This document shows positions 62,779-64,000 of a stretch of DNA of 64,000 nt, one piece after another. Every line of letters begins with the position of its first letter. Positions within the stretch are counted from its first letter, which is position 1. The notes beneath the pieces are model-generated. The model was not told the origin of the DNA. It saw only the letters and a program-made list of their open reading frames with translations, and did no database searches. Source of the DNA: Carcharhinus amblyrhynchos (lineage: Eukaryota); contig OZ336877.1 in the NCBI GenBank assembly GCA_965287045.1, forward strand, positions 30,008,001-30,072,000, given 5' to 3'. The translations under genes and the position numbers were made by a program.

Positions 62779-64000
62779 TAAGGGGACTTGACTGGGTAGA
62801 TGCTGAGAAGTTTCATAGATTAGGCCACACATTTTTTTTAAATGTCTCTTATTTAAGACAAAGATGAAGAGGAATATCTTCCCTTAGAGGGTTGTCATTG
62901 GAACTCTCCTCCCCAGAAAGCAGTGGAGGCTGGGTTTTTGAATATGTTTAATGTTCAGTTACACAAATTTCTGCCCTACATAGGTAGTCAAGGATCAGGC
63001 AGGAAAGTGGGATTCAGGCCACAATCAGATCAATCATGATCTTATTGAATAGCAGGGCAGACTTGATGGGCTGAATGGTCCACTCCTGCTCACATTTCTT
63101 ATTATCTTTCCCAATGGCAGTTTAAATCTAGGGTCAAGCCAGGGTGATCTCAGCCACACAGCAACAGTGATGTCAGTGAGCAGGATAGACAGCCAATCAT
63201 ATTGAAGTATTCCCATAGACAACAAACTAGAATATTAAAAGATTGACTTCAATCACTTTAAATTTGACTATTTCAAGGAGCAAAATAAATTTGGTTATGA
63301 TTAGATTAAGATAGAAGTTAAAATTTCATGAACAAACTTTAAAAGGAAGTTTTTATTTTAAAAATATTTGGGAATCTTCTCATCACATTGGAGAAATTCG
63401 ACATTTCACATAAAAAAATCAGGACCACTGAGGGTGTTTAGTTGCAGTTGTGAAGTTAGCACATCACTAAAAACACGGTTGCATTTAATCCAAAAAGTTC
63501 TAACTTGTAAAGTGTTTTTACAGCCAGTCTAACAGTGTAAGAGTAGGAGTTCTTGTCAATTCAGTTGGTTTCCTTGCGATTGCAGTCTGGGGAGTGCCTT
63601 AACAGCACATCTGCTGGAGGGAATCATTGACAGCGTTCCCACATTATTCTGCATATGTGAAGGCACAGTGTAATAATGGTGGCGAATGCTAACATTTTCA
63701 CAACCATTGCGACCACAAAATCCAGGCGATCCTTATCTAATTGCCCAGCTGTTCACTTCTGTTTACATGAATACTGTCATGTATTTTAATAACTAAAGCA
63801 CTACTTTAATCTCAATCCTGCCTCTATTAACAAAATGACAAGTATATTGTTTCAATTAGGAAGCAATACAGTTCACAGTTTGGAGATCACAAAATAACGT
63901 GGAATATAATCAATAACATATGGAAAATCATTATTAATTAAGACTATAAAGGACAGACCAACATGAACTAAATATTTGGCAATTTTGACGATTTCAGTTA

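Overview
Eukaryotic, repeat-dense genomic DNA from a cartilaginous fish (shark-type HE1/V-SINEs, DeuSINE, CR1, L2, Rex/Babar, RTE, Penelope-derived palindromes, PIF/Harbinger elements). The only protein-coding sequence I can identify with confidence is coding exon 1 of TMEM65 or a TMEM65-like paralogue (- strand, 2258-2510), with a CpG-island promoter at about 2750-3060 built symmetrically around two opposed ZNF143-type sites. The remaining ~61 kb is mostly decayed transposable elements, and nearly all listed ORFs are TE fragments or chance frames. Items worth a second look: a uORF running through a 5'UTR minisatellite of TMEM65; a 1.4 kb TAA-flanked Harbinger-type element with a large internal fold-back; hammerhead-ribozyme cores in Penelope-derived repeats; a well-preserved RTE LINE; and a tentative, hand-assembled chain of small minus-strand exons ending in a PDZ-type motif. 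No prokaryotic features, CRISPR arrays, rRNA or true tRNA genes were seen, and I cannot demonstrate a new biological system from sequence alone. Repeat boundaries are approximate unless TSDs or TIRs are quoted.
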